In this document: positions 38,850 through 53,128 of the stretch, one piece after another
Numbering within the stretch: position 1 is the stretch's first letter
Layout of the letters: every line of letters starts with the position of its first letter
Source: Eledone cirrhosa
Lineage: Eukaryota
NCBI GenBank assembly: GCA_964016885.1
Contig: OZ024741.1
Span: 385,020,001 to 385,084,000, forward strand
Length of the DNA stretch: 64,000 nt
Direction: 5' to 3'
Notes under the pieces: generated by a model
Seen by the model: only the letters and a program-made list of their open reading frames with translations
Databases searched by the model: none
Told to the model about the DNA's origin: nothing
Translations under genes and position numbers: made by a program

Positions 38850-39281
38850 TCTTCTTCTTCTTCTTCTTCTTCTTCTTCTTCGTCCACTTATTCCAGAGAG
38901 GGTGGTGGGGGCAAAATCCCCAAACACTCCTTCCAGTGGGTCATGTCAGAAGTAACCGTCTCCAACTGATCCGGCTGAATCTCCAAGCGGGACCAGCCAA
39001 AGCTCATGGATGTTATCCAACCATCTTGATCGGGGATTACTCCTGGGTCTCCTGCCGGTTGCTTTTGCCCGTAAAATCTGTCCAGTAATTATTTCCTGAG
39101 ACATTCTAACCACATGCCCATAATATCGGAGCAGTGATCTCTCAATTCAGAGAAGTAGTGGCTCTTCCTGGAATGACTATCTGATCTACGCATTCTATCA
39201 AGTAACGTTGTTCCAAAACCCCATGGAGGAACCCTATTTCGGCCGCTTGTATTCGCGATCGTATTCTTTCGGTCATTACCC
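38850..39281 (-). mobile_element. RTE-clade LINE, 3' end with (AAG)n tail
   Basis: MTERIRSRIQAAE, IERSLLRYYGHVVRM, TGRRPR..PRSRWLDNI. Confidence 0.8.
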
Positions 39282-39289
39282 TTCTTATG

Positions 39290-40165
39290 TAGACAAGGTG
39301 TATCATTGAGAGCGGTGACTAATCTCTCGGAGGCTGAGGTCACAAGAGCTCAAATGTGGCAAGGCCTCTGGGGAAGATGAAATTCAGCCTGAGATGTTAA
39401 AAGCCTTAAATAAAGAAAGTATTCTCTGGCTGACTCGTGTGTCCCAAGTGGTCCGGATCTCAGGAAAGGCCCTTAAGCAATGACAATCGGGAGTGATAAT
39501 CCCAATTTTCAAAAAAGGGAGACAAGAGAGATAGTTCCAATTACAGAGAGAGGGATCTTCTTGTTAAGCCTCCCTAGTAAAGTCTACGCTAAGTGTCTGG
39601 CAAAGAGATGCAGGGACATTGTCGAATCGAAGCTAGCTGATGAATAGTGTGGTTTTTGCTCCAGACGCAACACAGCTGACCAAATATTCACATTGTTCAT
39701 GTCTTTGAGAAATCGTGGGAGTATTTCCAAGAGGTATATTCTTGTTTTGTAGACCTCGAAAAGGCATATGACTGCGTTCCTCGGAACCTGATGTGGAATT
39801 TCTGCAGGAGTATGGGATTGAAGGTCAGCTTCTTGCTGCTCTGATGTCTCAATACAAATGCCCAAGTATTTGTGTTCAGATAAATGATGCTAAATCGAAA
39901 CCATTAAATGTGGGAATCAGACACTGCCTACTGTACGTACTGTCACCCCTCCTGTTCATTATTTTCATTAACAGAATTGATATGCGCAGTCGTATTGGAA
40001 GTGGTATCATGACTGGCGGGTGTAAAATCAGTCGGCTAGAATTTGCAGAGAATATAGTGTTACTTAACTCGACAGAAGGTGATCTCTAAATTACACTTGA
40101 TAAGTTTAATGCCAAGTGCTGCATGGCTGGAATGAAACACAGTGCTGTGAAAATTGAGACTCTCA
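39290..40165 (+). pseudogene. RTE-clade RT fragment, inverted relative to its 3' end
   Basis: GKASGEDEIQPEMLKAL, IIPIFKKG, CFVDLEKAYD, VLSPLLFIIFIN; stops and frameshifts. Confidence 0.85.
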
Positions 40166-40679
40166 AATTGAATCTAGAGTATGATTTCGATTTGCAAGTA
40201 GTTTCATTTCAATCTCGTTGCAAATAGTATTGAGAAAACCATGGATATAATCAATTCTCACGTTGTCGTTTACAACACCAGGTTTAATATTTATGTGAGA
40301 AACCAATTTATTTTATTTACACTGCTAATGGTTTTGAATCCAGAATCGCTGAGATGCTGGAAATCTTGAGCTATAAATAAAAGAAGCATATAAAACAGAT
40401 ATTGGATACTTGCGAAACGCAAGGTGATATACAAGGCAGCGAAATGATCGTTAGAACGTCTGTTTAAATTATTTGTTTCAGTACTTTGTACTCTGAGTTC
40501 AAAATCCAATAAAGCTTTTTCTTCTTTTTGGTTGGTTGAATTGCTAGAGCGTCGAACGAGAGCTTTTGTTGCATCCCAGAAGAGATTTTACACCCTCTTT
40601 AACTTACACTTAGCTAGATTGGACATTTATGCCTAAAACCAACATAGTTGCTGAATCGAAAAAGCAAGAAGAAGAGTTA

Positions 40680-40849
40680 CCGTATTTCCCGGCGCTGAAG
40701 AAGCTTCGTCCTCGAGGACGCCCCCTAATTTTGACAACCAAAAATTTGAAAAAAACAATAATAAACCACATTTGGCCTCCTGGACGCATGGTAGATTTTT
40801 GAGACTTATTTTAGGAAAAAAGTAGCGTCTTTAACACCGGAAAATACGG
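40680..40849. mobile_element. Tc2-like MITE, second copy
   Basis: CCGTATTT...AAATACGG with TA TSD. Confidence 0.85.
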
Positions 40850-41325
40850 TATGCACGTCTAATGTAGGCTCTACCTGTTCGTGGGTGGTAGCAGTAGATT
40901 TAGGTAGATTTAGACCATTGCTCCTTGGATGATCTCGGTTGGAACACCTTTTCTTATATTTCTCACCAATAAGGGTTGCCCTAGGGCTCAATATCAACAA
41001 TGTTGTGAATAATAAATTTAGCAAACTGAAATATCTCGGCTTTATTCGCATTTTGCGGCCGGACAAGTACATTATAGATGAAGATTAAATGTACACTGCA
41101 ATCTATAGTTTATACTGGCAGTGGAGTAATGCCCTTTTTGTTGCTATTTCTGTAAATTTTCAGTTAAAATCTCAAGTGACTGACCTTAACTTTGATACAT
41201 CCAGGATCAATACAATAGACATCACTAGACAGTTATTTTTCCACACTCAACTGAAACCATTAAGTATGTTTCAAACCCAGAAGCTCATCAAATCGCAAGT
41301 TATCACAGTTTCATGACGAACGGAA

Positions 41326-41440
41326 TGAAGCAATGTGAAATAAAGTGTACTGATCAAGAGCACAATCCGTCGCCCGATCCGGGAATTAAATTCACGATGT
41401 ACAAACATGAGCCCAACACCCCCTTACCACCTGGATGCGT
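41326..41440 (-). mobile_element. Diverged SINE family 2 head
   Basis: Similar to 15580-15690. Confidence 0.55.
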
Positions 41441-42546
41441 GGCATCACAGCTAATTCTATACTTACATGATATCTTTGTGAAGAGTCCACTTTTTATTTA
41501 TGTATTTATTTATTGAACTATAGAACCGTTTTCTACAATTTTCCGATCAGTCAGACATTGGTTCATTGCATTTACCCTTGTGAGAACATCAAAGGGATAT
41601 TTGTGTAACTAGGACGGAATAAAAATCTCAAGGAACGTCATTCAGAAGAATGGCACCGGAGTGGAATAGAACCCAGAACACGGTCATTAAGAAGCGCACC
41701 TGAATTCTGACCTATTTAATTGTCTCCAACTAGCACAATGAACATATTTATGTTACCTTGAGATCGGAACTTAGAGACGCTTCTTTGATGAATATTCTCA
41801 CACATTCTCTACACGGAACACTTAAATAATTTAAGTATATGCCGACAATTTGTCAGGCTGCTTTTAGGTTATCTCTCATAGCTTACGCTAGAGCAGACTT
41901 CCTGTTAAATTTTGTATAATGTATTACATTATCGTAGAACAGATCACTTGTTCTACTAAGAAGAAGTAGACTAACTAGTTTATTATTTAAGAGTGTGTTA
42001 TCTATGAAATGAGTGTCGTAGCATCTACCAAATCGAATGTTCAATGGTTTATAATCAGAAAAAAATAGAGCGCAGTTAACAAAAATAAAATCACTGGAGA
42101 AAAGCCACACTTTTGGATAGGAAATAAACATTTGAAAAAAGCCAGAATTTATTTAAATATTACAAAAAGCGCAATTTATTTAAAACGGTGCATACTTATA
42201 TCTATGAAGATATAAGTATGCACCACAGAAAACATTAAAATTCTGATTAGAATTAGGAATAGGGTTAGGGCTATGGCTAAGATTGTATACTGTATTAGGA
42301 TACAAATTTTTAGTTTTACTTCTATATATATGGCAGCATTAATCTAAAAAGAGGCCCCTTCTTCCCCAAAATAACGTTCAGTGGTCTGATGCACCTATAT
42401 GTGTATACTGTGTTTGTATTGTAACGTATCTCCTATGGCCTTTTCCCTGCTAATTTTCCTCCTGTGACTTTTTTCTCTAAGGTTTTACTGGATTCATCTG
42501 GCAATACGCAATCTGTGGAAAACTCCCCCATAACACTTAATGGTTC

Positions 42547-43085
<539 letters not shown>

Positions 43086-43165
43086 TGTATGTATGTATGT
43101 ATGTATGTATGTATGTATGTATGTATGTATGTATGTATGTATGTATGTATGTATGTATTTATTTA

Positions 43166-43693
43166 TACTTGGCGTGGCAATAAAGTCTTTAGAATAATGG
43201 GTTGTGTGCCGTATATAGCAATAAATGTAGTTAATATTAGTTGGAATTTGAACTTTGTTGTACACGTGGGACATTCTGTATGAATGCTGTATTTTGTCAC
43301 AGGCTTATGCATAATTATTTTTCTGTCATTCTTGTGAGTTAGTCGCATTGAACTGCTCAATCCACAAAAGATGTTTTCCAGAGTAGAAGAGAGGCAATGA
43401 TCAAACAATCACCATATAGTCCCGACTGAAATTTGTGTGATTGTTGGGTGTTCAAGTCATTAAAGCAATATCTTTGAACATTTGTTTTCACTTCATTAGA
43501 AGAGGTGGTAGATGAATCGTTGCACTGGTTTCGACAATTGCCGAAGGAACGGTTCCAGAAAGAGTTAAATGCTTTGCATAAGCACTGTAAAGATGTTATT
43601 GCATTCAATGGAGAATAAATAAATTTTAGTTTCAATATGTTGTGCATTTTCATTTAAAGGGTTATTCTAAAGACTTTATTGCCAACCCAAGTA
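43166..43693 (+). mobile_element. Internally deleted mariner transposon
   Basis: ~30-bp TIRs (CTTGGCGTGGCAATAAAGTCTTTAGAATAA), TA flanks, remnant PYSPD*NLCDCWVF and C-terminal ...VIAFNGE. Confidence 0.85.
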
Positions 43694-44045
43694 TATATAA
43701 AAATAAGCACTCTAAGTCCTTTTCCCACATAAGCAGAGTGTTAATAGGGAAATCACGAGTCTGATGAGCTATCGATTTCAGAGTCGGGTGTGATCCATAC
43801 TGATCGTACCTTGACCTGATCGATCGTGAAACGTGAGGCACGCGTGAATAAACATAATAACACTATTTTGTTACCTCGTTCCTACTCCTTATTATACACA
43901 CACACACACGCACACACACACACACGCATACACACACACACACACATATATATATATATGTATTTATATCCACATATTTAGTGTGTGAAGATCCACCTCA
44001 CTGCTGTGAGCAAGAGAAACAAGTGTACAATATCATTGAGACGTG

Positions 44046-44236
44046 TGGTGGATTGGCAGTATCGGTAGAGGGTCTGATGCCATGCTTTGCAGCAAAGAGT
44101 TACGGCCCTTTATGGTCCGAGTTCAAATCCCGCCGAGGTTGACTTTGCCTTTCATCCTTACGGGGTCGATAAAATAAAGTACCAGTAATGTACTGGGTAA
44201 TTGCTGGCCTTGTGCCAAAAAGTAGAAACAATTATT
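44046..44236 (+). mobile_element. Full-length SINE family 1
   Basis: A box, B box, core and tail. Confidence 0.9.
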
Positions 44237-44277
44237 TCTTATTCAACAGAATAGAGGATTAGCGGTATTTGTTTCCT

Positions 44278-44395
44278 GTTCTTTAAGTTCTGTGTTTAAA
44301 GGTCAACTTTGTCTTTGGTTCTTCCGAGGTCGATAAAGTGGTGCCCCAGCATGACCGCAGTCTAATGAGTGAAACCAGTAAAAGAGTAAAAGAAT
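44278..44395 (+). mobile_element. Diverged SINE core with GGTGCCCCAGCATG...GTAAAAGAG tail
   Basis: Tail shared with the 5S-derived SINE. Confidence 0.65.
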
Positions 44396-44846
44396 ATATT
44401 ACGGCCCATTTAAACGACGAACTCACTCCCAATGTCTAACCATAGATTTATGTTAAAAAGTATTATTTTATATAATTTATTTACTATATACTCGAAATTG
44501 AACTGCCACCGCATCTGTTATATTAAACTTTAGAATATTTATTTGAATATTAAGTTAACTTCAAGTTAATGGCTTTACCGCACGGTTTCAACTATGAATA
44601 ATAGTCTAAGTTGGGCATATAAGCCCATGGAGACGGAGAAAAGTGGACAGCGTTGGATTCGGTAACTTTATGTTAACTTAATATTTAAACATGTAACTCC
44701 CTCAATGACTCCTGTCATTTCATTCAATAATAATTAACTTCGTTCCCGCACAACCAACAGGATTCAACATCAAAGATGGATGAGTTACGTATGTCGAGTG
44801 TTTTTCCTACTCCTACATATGGAATGACCAGTTCTAACTTCAATGA

Positions 44847-44958
<112 letters not shown>

Positions 44959-45476
44959 ATATTGCTAGTTACAGAAATTGATCCAATTAAGATGATAATC
45001 CACCCAATAAGAACCAAGTATGTTTATTTGTCGTCTCAGAACATTGGCCAATCAACAATCATCCCATTATTTCGATGCAGCACAAACAGAAATAATATTT
45101 GTTTTCTAAAACGCAACTTACCTCCCTTTCCCTTCCCTCCAAACAAAACCTAACCCAAACAACAAACAAAACCAAACAATAAAAACAAAACAAACTTGTG
45201 CATAGTTCAGGTGTCATGGCGATCTCTCTATAAAAATCAATATAAGGCTTGGCTCGGTCGATTTTTAATAAGAGACAGCTTGTCTGAAGATAAGATGGAA
45301 AATAATATAGCAATGGCAAACTCCACCCAGAATATCGAACGGTATTTCTTATTGCGTATCTCAATGTAGACGATCATTAGTTTACATACGATACTTATTA
45401 CTTCATACTTAGTGTCCCTCTTCCATTCTTTAATGTTATTACTACAATAATGAAACAACAACAACAACAGCAGCAG

Positions 45477-45509
<33 letters not shown>

Positions 45510-45537
45510 ATGTAAAAGTAAAGAGTAAAAGTAAATT

Positions 45538-45700
45538 ATGGTTTCTAAGTTTGGCACAAGACGGATGGTACAATCTAGGGGATGGTGGGGTGGGGTCGAT
45601 TTAATCGACCCTTAGTACTTTTGTCTGCTATTTACAATAAATTTTATCGATCCAGGAGAGATGTAAGGCAAAGCCAACCCCCGGTGGGATTTGAACTCAG
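45538..45700 (-). mobile_element. Diverged SINE family 1
   Basis: GGGATTTGAACTCAG and core. Confidence 0.65.
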
Positions 45701-45728
45701 CCCAGTGCTGCTGCAGTTGCTGCTGCTG

Positions 45729-45771
<43 letters not shown>

Positions 45772-46837
45772 ATTTATTTTGCCACCAGGGTCCATTCATG
45801 CATACAATATATTTGTTACAAAGGGGATACAAAACCGTGGGGATTGTTGAGATGTACAGCAAAGTTAGATTTAATCGAAGACAGGTTAGAAGTGTTAAAG
45901 TTATGCAAATAATTTAATAAATATATCGAAACAAATACAATTAAAAGACAAGATAACTTCAAAAAAGAAAAAAAGGCAGCATGATCCCTTGACGACTGAA
46001 GAGCAGCCTCCACATTATTTAAATTAGGACTTTTCACAACTCTGTCCCCCTTCTGCTCCCATATACATGTCATAGTCCTCGAAATAGCTCATCCCAAACG
46101 TATCCGGGAGTAGTTTTCTAGTCGGACAGGGTAGAAAGGGACTCACACTCTCCTGATTGCTTTTGTATAGCTGATGATTTCCCCCAGTAGTCTAACCTCC
46201 CAATGTTCCTTATAACATGTTCTCATCTCTTCGCAAACCGGAAATTTCATGATTTCGTTTTCCACCTGTGTATTCAGGATATCCATGAAGTCTTCCTTTG
46301 ATTTTTTTAATCAGAGAAAACTTCTTGGATTCTCAGAAGGTGGTTTTCTCTTGGTTTCTTTCGAGCCAGTGATGAACTTCTCTTCATATTTTTTCTTCTT
46401 TGTACCTTTTGTTAGAACCTGTTCATCATTTGGGGTTTCTTTTCCCTATTTTTTATTTTACCGTGCCCGAGAATCCGCCATCCTCGATCATTTTCCTTCT
46501 CAATCTCATCGCTACTATTTCGCCCAAATTTTTATCTCCGGAACTGTAATTTTCTCAATACTACATCTGTGTCTTTTCAGCTTTAGAGACACCAAACAAG
46601 ATATATTAAAGCTGAAAGTTAATTACACAAACCATCAACAGTCTGCGAGGGCCTATAATGCCTATTTATTATTGCTCTTCTCATATTTGGAACACATATC
46701 TGTGTGGGCCTGTAAATCTTATGGTTCCTGCTCTTGTCATTATGAATTAAGCAAATGAAAAAAGCAAACATTTATGGACTAAGAATCATATGACATTCAC
46801 ATCTTTTCAATTTCGTTTTTCAATATAACTCAACAGA

Positions 46838-47341
46838 AAGGTAGCGAATTGGCAGAATTGGTAGAGCGTCGGATAAAATGCCATTGCGATATTTGTTCTG
46901 GCTCTTTACATTCCGAGTTCAAATCCTATTAAAGTCAACTTTGCCTTTCATTCTTCCGAGGTTGATAAAATAAAATTTCAGTCAAGTACGGGTTCATTGA
47001 GTCAAATTTACCCATACTCCAAATTTGCTGGCCTTGTGCTTAAATTAGAAACCAAATCAATATTGCTTAACATTTGTTTTATGTATTCTGGTTGTAGCTA
47101 TATTCTATCTTCGTGTTATGAATTAATTGTTTCTGATTAAAGGACAAGGCTAACACTTTTAGGAGAAGGGGAAAGTCGATTAATTAGACCCAATGCGTTA
47201 CTGGTACTTTATTTTATAGACCCCGTAAGGATGAAAAGTAAAGCTAACCTTGATGGAATTTAAACTCTGAAGTAAAGGGACGTAACTATATATCGCAAAG
47301 CATATTGTTCGACGCTCTACCGACAGTGCCAATCAACCGCC
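46838..47341. mobile_element. Two convergent SINE family 1 copies
   Basis: 46838-47052 (plus) and 47138-47341 (minus). Confidence 0.75.
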
Positions 47342-47639
47342 TTAATGATCATGATAATAATGGTTATGCTGATGATGCTCATGATAACATGATAAAGATG
47401 ACATTAATGAGAAGAATGTTATTATGCGGTTTCTCAAATATGCTTTCCCCATTTTCGTACTTCTGTATATAAATTAGAACAAACTATTGATAACTTGATT
47501 TTCGTACGGACTGAAACGAACAATCGTTTCTATAATGTCTACAAAATCCTACGACAACGACTGCTTCCATTCCCCCATCATCATCGTCACCCCAACCTAC
47601 AATGGCGACTATAGCCACCACAAACACAAACAACTAACG

Positions 47640-47842
47640 CCTCCACCACTACCACCACCACCACCACCACCGCCACCACCACCATCATCACCAACACCAC
47701 AACCACCACCACCACCACCGCCGCCGCCACCACCACCGCCACCGTCACCACCACCACCACCACCACCACCACCACCACCACCACCACCACCACCACCACC
47801 ACCACCACCACCAACATCTCTACCGCCGCCGCCGCCGCCGCT
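47640..47842 (+). repeat. (CCA/CCG)n trinucleotide repeat
   Basis: Direct reading. Confidence 0.95.
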
Positions 47843-47935
47843 GCAATCCCCTAAATGAAAGGTAAAGTTGATCTCAATGGGATTTGAATTCAGAATGTCA
47901 AATGCACTTACCGTTCCGCCAATTCACCGACCTTA

Positions 47936-48840
47936 TCTATATATATAAAACTGTGGTTGTCTGTCTGTCTATCGATTTTTGGCACACATCTCCTCTTAGA
48001 ATCTCTCACGGAATTGCACCGAAATTGCTATACTTGTACATTGAGCCCTAGCGAAGACATCGGAAAAAAAAAATTTCAAATTGACCCGCCCTATGTGACG
48101 AAATCGAATATAATGTATCGATTTTTGAGCGTAAGTTATCAGTTATTTCCCTTTGTTCTGTTTACATTGAGCGTCTTACGTAAAAAATTACGCTGGCTTT
48201 CTCAGCGTTTAAAATGACATTTGCAAAATTCATCAGTTCGAACACTAAGCTTCCGTTTTGCTTCATTTCCATTTAAAAGCATTTTAAAACAATATTTTTA
48301 CTTGAAAACAAGTCTATTTAAAGACTACGTAAAACAAGCAAATATTTCGTCGTTAGGCGTGCAGACAGACAGTCGTGCAGACAGACAGTCGTGCAGAGAG
48401 GTGATATACGCGTGCAGACAGATAGTCGTGCAGAGAGGTGATATAGGCGTGCAAACAGACAGTCGTGCAGAGAGGTGATATAGGCGTGCAGACAGACAGT
48501 CGTGCAGAGAGGTGATATAGGCGTGCAGACAGACATAACTGATAATTTGGTTACGCTGATGTTTTTCTCTGCGTTGCAGTGTTTACATTTTCGATCTTTG
48601 TTAATAAATAACCAGTGCAGTTTCTATCCCCAGCATCCTCTTTTGTTATAACATTCGGGTTATCGTTATGTTTTCTTAACTTCATAAGGCATATTGTTGG
48701 TTGAGGGAATATTAATCAAAAACACCACATGCAAGTCTGCACAGTAGACACTACAGTTTTTAAGCCAAGAAAGAAACTTAACATTGTAACTTTAACACAG
48801 CTACTGAGCGACCCCGAGCAACGCCGGGCTTTACTGCTAG
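47936..48840 (+). mobile_element. Non-autonomous Helitron
   Basis: 5' A^TC start; 3' GC-rich hairpin CCCGAGCAACGCCGGG about 12 nt before the CTAG^T end; internal 37-bp tandem repeat at 48356-48535. Confidence 0.8.
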
Positions 48841-48890
48841 TAAGTAATAAAATAATGTTAATAATAATAACCACCCTCATTTCCATCTTC

Positions 48891-49090
48891 AGGCCCAAGG
48901 CTAACAATTCTTGGAGAGGGAGAAGTTGATTATATCAACTTCAGTGCATTACTGGTGTTTTATTTATCGATCCAGTAAGGATGAAAGGCAAAACTCAAAG
49001 CTAACCTCGACGGGATTTGAAATCAAAACGTAGAGAGCCGTAACTCTATACTGCGAAGCATGGCGTCGATACTGATACTGCCAACCCATC
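48891..49090 (-). mobile_element. Diverged SINE family 1
   Basis: Core and head recognisable. Confidence 0.75.
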
Positions 49091-49599
49091 ACTCCCGTAA
49101 ACATTTTATAATAGTGGAAGAGATTATGTTAACGTTTAATAACAATTTTAGGTTAAAATCTATTTAATTGAGTTACACCATAATTCGATAAACAATATAT
49201 AATCATTATTTATGCCGCTGCGTCTATTTTAAGTGTTTAACAAATTCTAAATGAAAGGGATGTTCTTAAGATATTGCAAAACGAATACAGATAAGGAAAA
49301 TCATTGAACATTTCCTCTTAGAGCTTGAATATCAAATTGATGGACCTTTAGTTCAAGTGTCAAAATACTCTGTCTGCACCCATGCAATTACCACCATTAG
49401 CATTCTGTTTAGGGTTAGAGTTTAAGAATATGGATTAGTGTTAGATTTATAGCGAGATTAATGTCATAAAAATGTGTTGGTTTCAAGTTTAATTATGTTG
49501 TATAGTTGTTGTTGTATAGTTTCAGGTTAACACTGACCTTTGGCACATAGGTTGTCGGTTCACCGTCTAGGTGTGATAGACATTTCTATTGTTCCTTAA

Positions 49600-49814
49600 C
49601 CCTTTTGTTACCATACTTCTTATAAAAGACTCTGCCTATGATTTTCAAATAACTTAGAAAATTATCATGAATTTGGAAGGATCTTGTAATATAACTGTTT
49701 GTCATTACGAATGTTCTTACTTAAAATTATGATAGAAAGGTTTTAGATAAATGGAAACACTTAAAAATAAGCATAAAACCGAGGGGGATTTTAGACAATT
49801 CGGCATGAAAAGGG
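49600..49814. mobile_element. piggyBac-like MITE
   Basis: TTAA^CCCTTTT...AAAAGGG^TTAA. Confidence 0.55.
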
Positions 49815-50539
49815 TTAAACAGTAAAAATGTTTGTCCACCTCCAACTAACCGACGTCCATACTGTGCATTCAGATATAAGCGATAATCGAACAATATATC
49901 CATTGTAAATATTTAGAAATATTTCACATTATTGACTGGTCATTCTTCGTCTGTGTCTGTAGAATCTGGAGTTTGCTACAGCAGACGAGCTCAAATTGGA
50001 CTTGGTCCAAGAGTGCCAGTTGCAGTTTATATGCATTTATTGGTGGTGTGTGGCCCCCATAGATTGTTTTGGGAAAATGCTGCTATTTATACTGCTGTTG
50101 ATTTTGTGTGTTTTTTTGTGATTGTACGGACTGAATGGATGAGGCAGTGTTTATAAAATTGCGTTGAATTAGTATTCTGGAAATGTTGTATGTGTTTGTG
50201 TGGCAGAGACAGTCATGTTTGGTACTTTCGGCGGTAACAAACAATGTTCTTCGCATGTATACGTGACGTTTAGTATATTTATTTCGTTGTGAAGGTGATA
50301 TGTAGGTATATATATATGCAACCATCGATGCGAAAGACACCTCTTTGTGTTTACCTTTCCACCAAGACTTCAACGCAGATTTCATTCTTACCAGGAGCCT
50401 TACTAAGAGTCATTTTGTTTAGTGAGGGTGGAACGTTAAAGAAGGTGATAAGGGGTTAGTGTTCAATGATGTCAATTATTTTACCATTCAAAACAGACTC
50501 CGTTCAACAGTTAAGAAAAAATGTTCAATCCAGTGACTT

Positions 50540-51140
50540 ACGATCTCTGTTAGTTTTGTGAATAGAGTGAATAGCAAGAACTGTCGGAGCTGAGGCAGAA
50601 ATGTGCCAGATTCAGCATTCAGTTATCAGTTAGGGGTAAACGCCAAACTCATTATCTTCAATTCGGTATTCATGCAAACCCTTACCTTTGGTCATGAATG
50701 ACAGAAAAAATACAATCGCGAATACAAGCAGCTGAGATGGGATTCATTCGAAGGGGTCTTGGAGTAATATTACTAGATAGTTTGTAGCTAGGAAACTAGA
50801 GAGTCGTTACAGGTAGAGCCGCTACTTCTCCGAATTGAGAGACCACAACTCCAATATTACGAATATGTGGTTAAAATGTATTAGGAAAGAATCGCCAGAC
50901 AGATTTTATGTCAACTGGCAGGAGACCTAGGGGTAGACCCCAAGAGAAATAGTTGGATAACATCCATGAGCTTGGCTGATCTCGCTTGAGGACCTAGCCG
51001 GATCAGTTAGAGATGGTTGCCTCTAACAGGACCCTCCTCCTCCTCCTCCTCCGCTTCCTCCCCCTCCTCCTCCTCTTCCTCCTCTTCTTCCTCCTCCTCC
51101 TCATAAGAAGAAGAAGAAGAAGGAGAAGAAGAAGAAGAAG

Positions 51141-51172
<32 letters not shown>
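50540..51172 (+). mobile_element. RTE LINE 3' fragment (same family as 38850-39281) with (CCT)n/(AAG)n
   Basis: IQSRIQAAEMGFIRR, EPLLLRIER, TGRRPRGRP. Confidence 0.75.
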
Positions 51173-51364
51173 GCGGCAGCTTAAATATCAGGGTGATAGC
51201 TGCAGTTGAGATCTTATATTCTTGTAATGGGCATGCATACCACAAGGGCATGCGGATATAAATATAAACATGTATGTGTTCTTTTTCATGACATATACAC
51301 ATAAATATTTGACTATTAGTTAACTGCTCTTATCTAATCTTCTTTCACACCATTATGAATAGAT

Positions 51365-51498
51365 CGACGTCCCTATACGATCTGAGTTCAAATCCCGCCG
51401 AGGTTGACTTTGCCTTTCATCCTTACGGGGTCGATAAAATAAAGTACCAGTAATGTACTGGTTAATTGATGGCCTTGTGCCAAAAGTAAAAACAATTA
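51365..51498 (+). mobile_element. SINE family 1, 3' part
   Basis: B box plus core. Confidence 0.85.
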
Positions 51499-52159
51499 TG
51501 AATATATTTTAACTACACGCGTATGCATATATATATATAGTGTATGTAGTGCGATGAAATACTGGTGTTGCTACCAAATCGAGCAGAGTGTATATAATAG
51601 AAAAGGAAGTTTCGTTTAGATACGAAAAATATTTATTGCATATCAACCTGTTCGATACTGGAGTCGGGTCCATAACCCCTATGGGTCACCTGGAGCTAAT
51701 CCTCTGCGAAACGCGTGTAACACGGTGGAGTAACCACGGAAGTATAGAAACTGCTATTAAGCAAACACTATAAACACTTTCAGTCAACCTTACCACCCAT
51801 CTGTAGCCTCGGTATGAGCCTCAGTATCATATCAATATCTCCCTCCGCCTTCTGACACATTTTTCACTGCTACAAGGGATTTAGTCCCCTTTCTTGACCG
51901 GTGTATCACGTGATAATATCTCCCTCTGCTTTTTTGAGATTTTCTCGCTTGCTACGGACGTGTCAGGAAACGCTCTTTCCCTGAGGTGTTCCCTTGAAAA
52001 GCTGGCTTACCTCACAACAATGTTGCATCTCTATGATATAAGATTGTTGCATACTGACCAGCGAAACTGTACAGTCGGGACATTGAGGAAAAAATAGGCA
52101 TATATCTGTGACTATTGTTTCTTCTTACTTTATAATGTGTTATATATATATATATATAT

Positions 52160-53128
52160 AAAGGTTTACATTTATATATATATATACATATGTGTTTTGC
52201 AACGGGTCACTTTGTGGCTCAATGAAGAGTTAATAAATTAAACAATCAGAGCCATACATCATAAAACATGTCCATAGAATCACCAGATAAAATATATACC
52301 ATTTCCTCTCCCAATTAGCATAATCAACTATATAAAAAATCGATTAGACCAAGCTATAAGAATAAAGGCTTCCATGAAGAAATCTCCGACAAACAACCGA
52401 AAGCAGCCCTTCGCGTCGGTTGCGACGGAGTATTTATCGAGCATTTCGACAGCGTGTACAAATCGCTCAGATACACAGTCAACCAAACAGAATTAGGTGT
52501 AAAATAAACTAGGAGAAAAGTGAACATATTTAGTTACCTCTATCATGGTTTCGTCCGCACCCTAAGACATCCGACAACATCGGACATCTGGAGCACCGGA
52601 CTCTTCAGGAAGTTAGCTCAAATTTAGACAATAAATTTTCCAAAGTGATCGCGCCAAGAATATATTAAAAAATGGCTAAGAATCGTGACGTAGCAGCGGT
52701 CAGGTTAGAAAGAATGTGATTAGTCGCCCACGACTGGTGGCCTTTTGCTAGAAAGCGCAGCACAATACACGCAAAATTGTATCTCAACCTAAGGGAGACC
52801 ACTACATATAAAGGTTTACATATATATATATATATATACATATGTGTTTTGCAACATGTCGCTTTGTGGCTCAATGAAGAGTTAATAAATTAAACAATCA
52901 GAGCCATACATCATAAAACATGTCCATAGAATCACCAGATAAAATATATACCATTTCCTCTCCCAATTAGCATAATCAACCATATAAAAAATCGATTAGA
53001 GCAAGCTATAAGAATAAAGGCTTCCGGTTGTTTGTCGGAGATTTCTTCATGGAAGCCTTTATTCTTATAGCTTGGTCTAATCGATTTTTTATATGGTTGA
53101 TTATGCTAATTGGGAGAGGAAATGGTAT
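52160..53128 (-). mobile_element. Family C: 650-bp non-coding HHR unit with partial tandem copy and terminal inversion
   Basis: 52161 repeats at 52811; 53026-53128 is the reverse complement of ~52296-52398; (TA)n flanks. Confidence 0.85.
52536..52613 (-). ncRNA. Type I hammerhead
   Basis: ACTTC-CTGAAGA-GTCCG...CGGAC-GAAA-CCATGA-TA^GAGGT. Confidence 0.75.

Noticed and set aside
43748-43850. Hammerhead candidate CTGATGA...GAAACGTG
   Set aside because: Core boxes are present but I found no valid NUH/helix I register; at best a decayed copy.
44570-44630. Half-hammerhead on the minus strand (GAAA-CCGTGCGG-TA-AAGCC); similar half at 13465-13490
   Set aside because: The CUGAnGA box is absent.
47535-47858. 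Polyproline protein
   Set aside because: (CCA)n microsatellite between repeats; no exon support.
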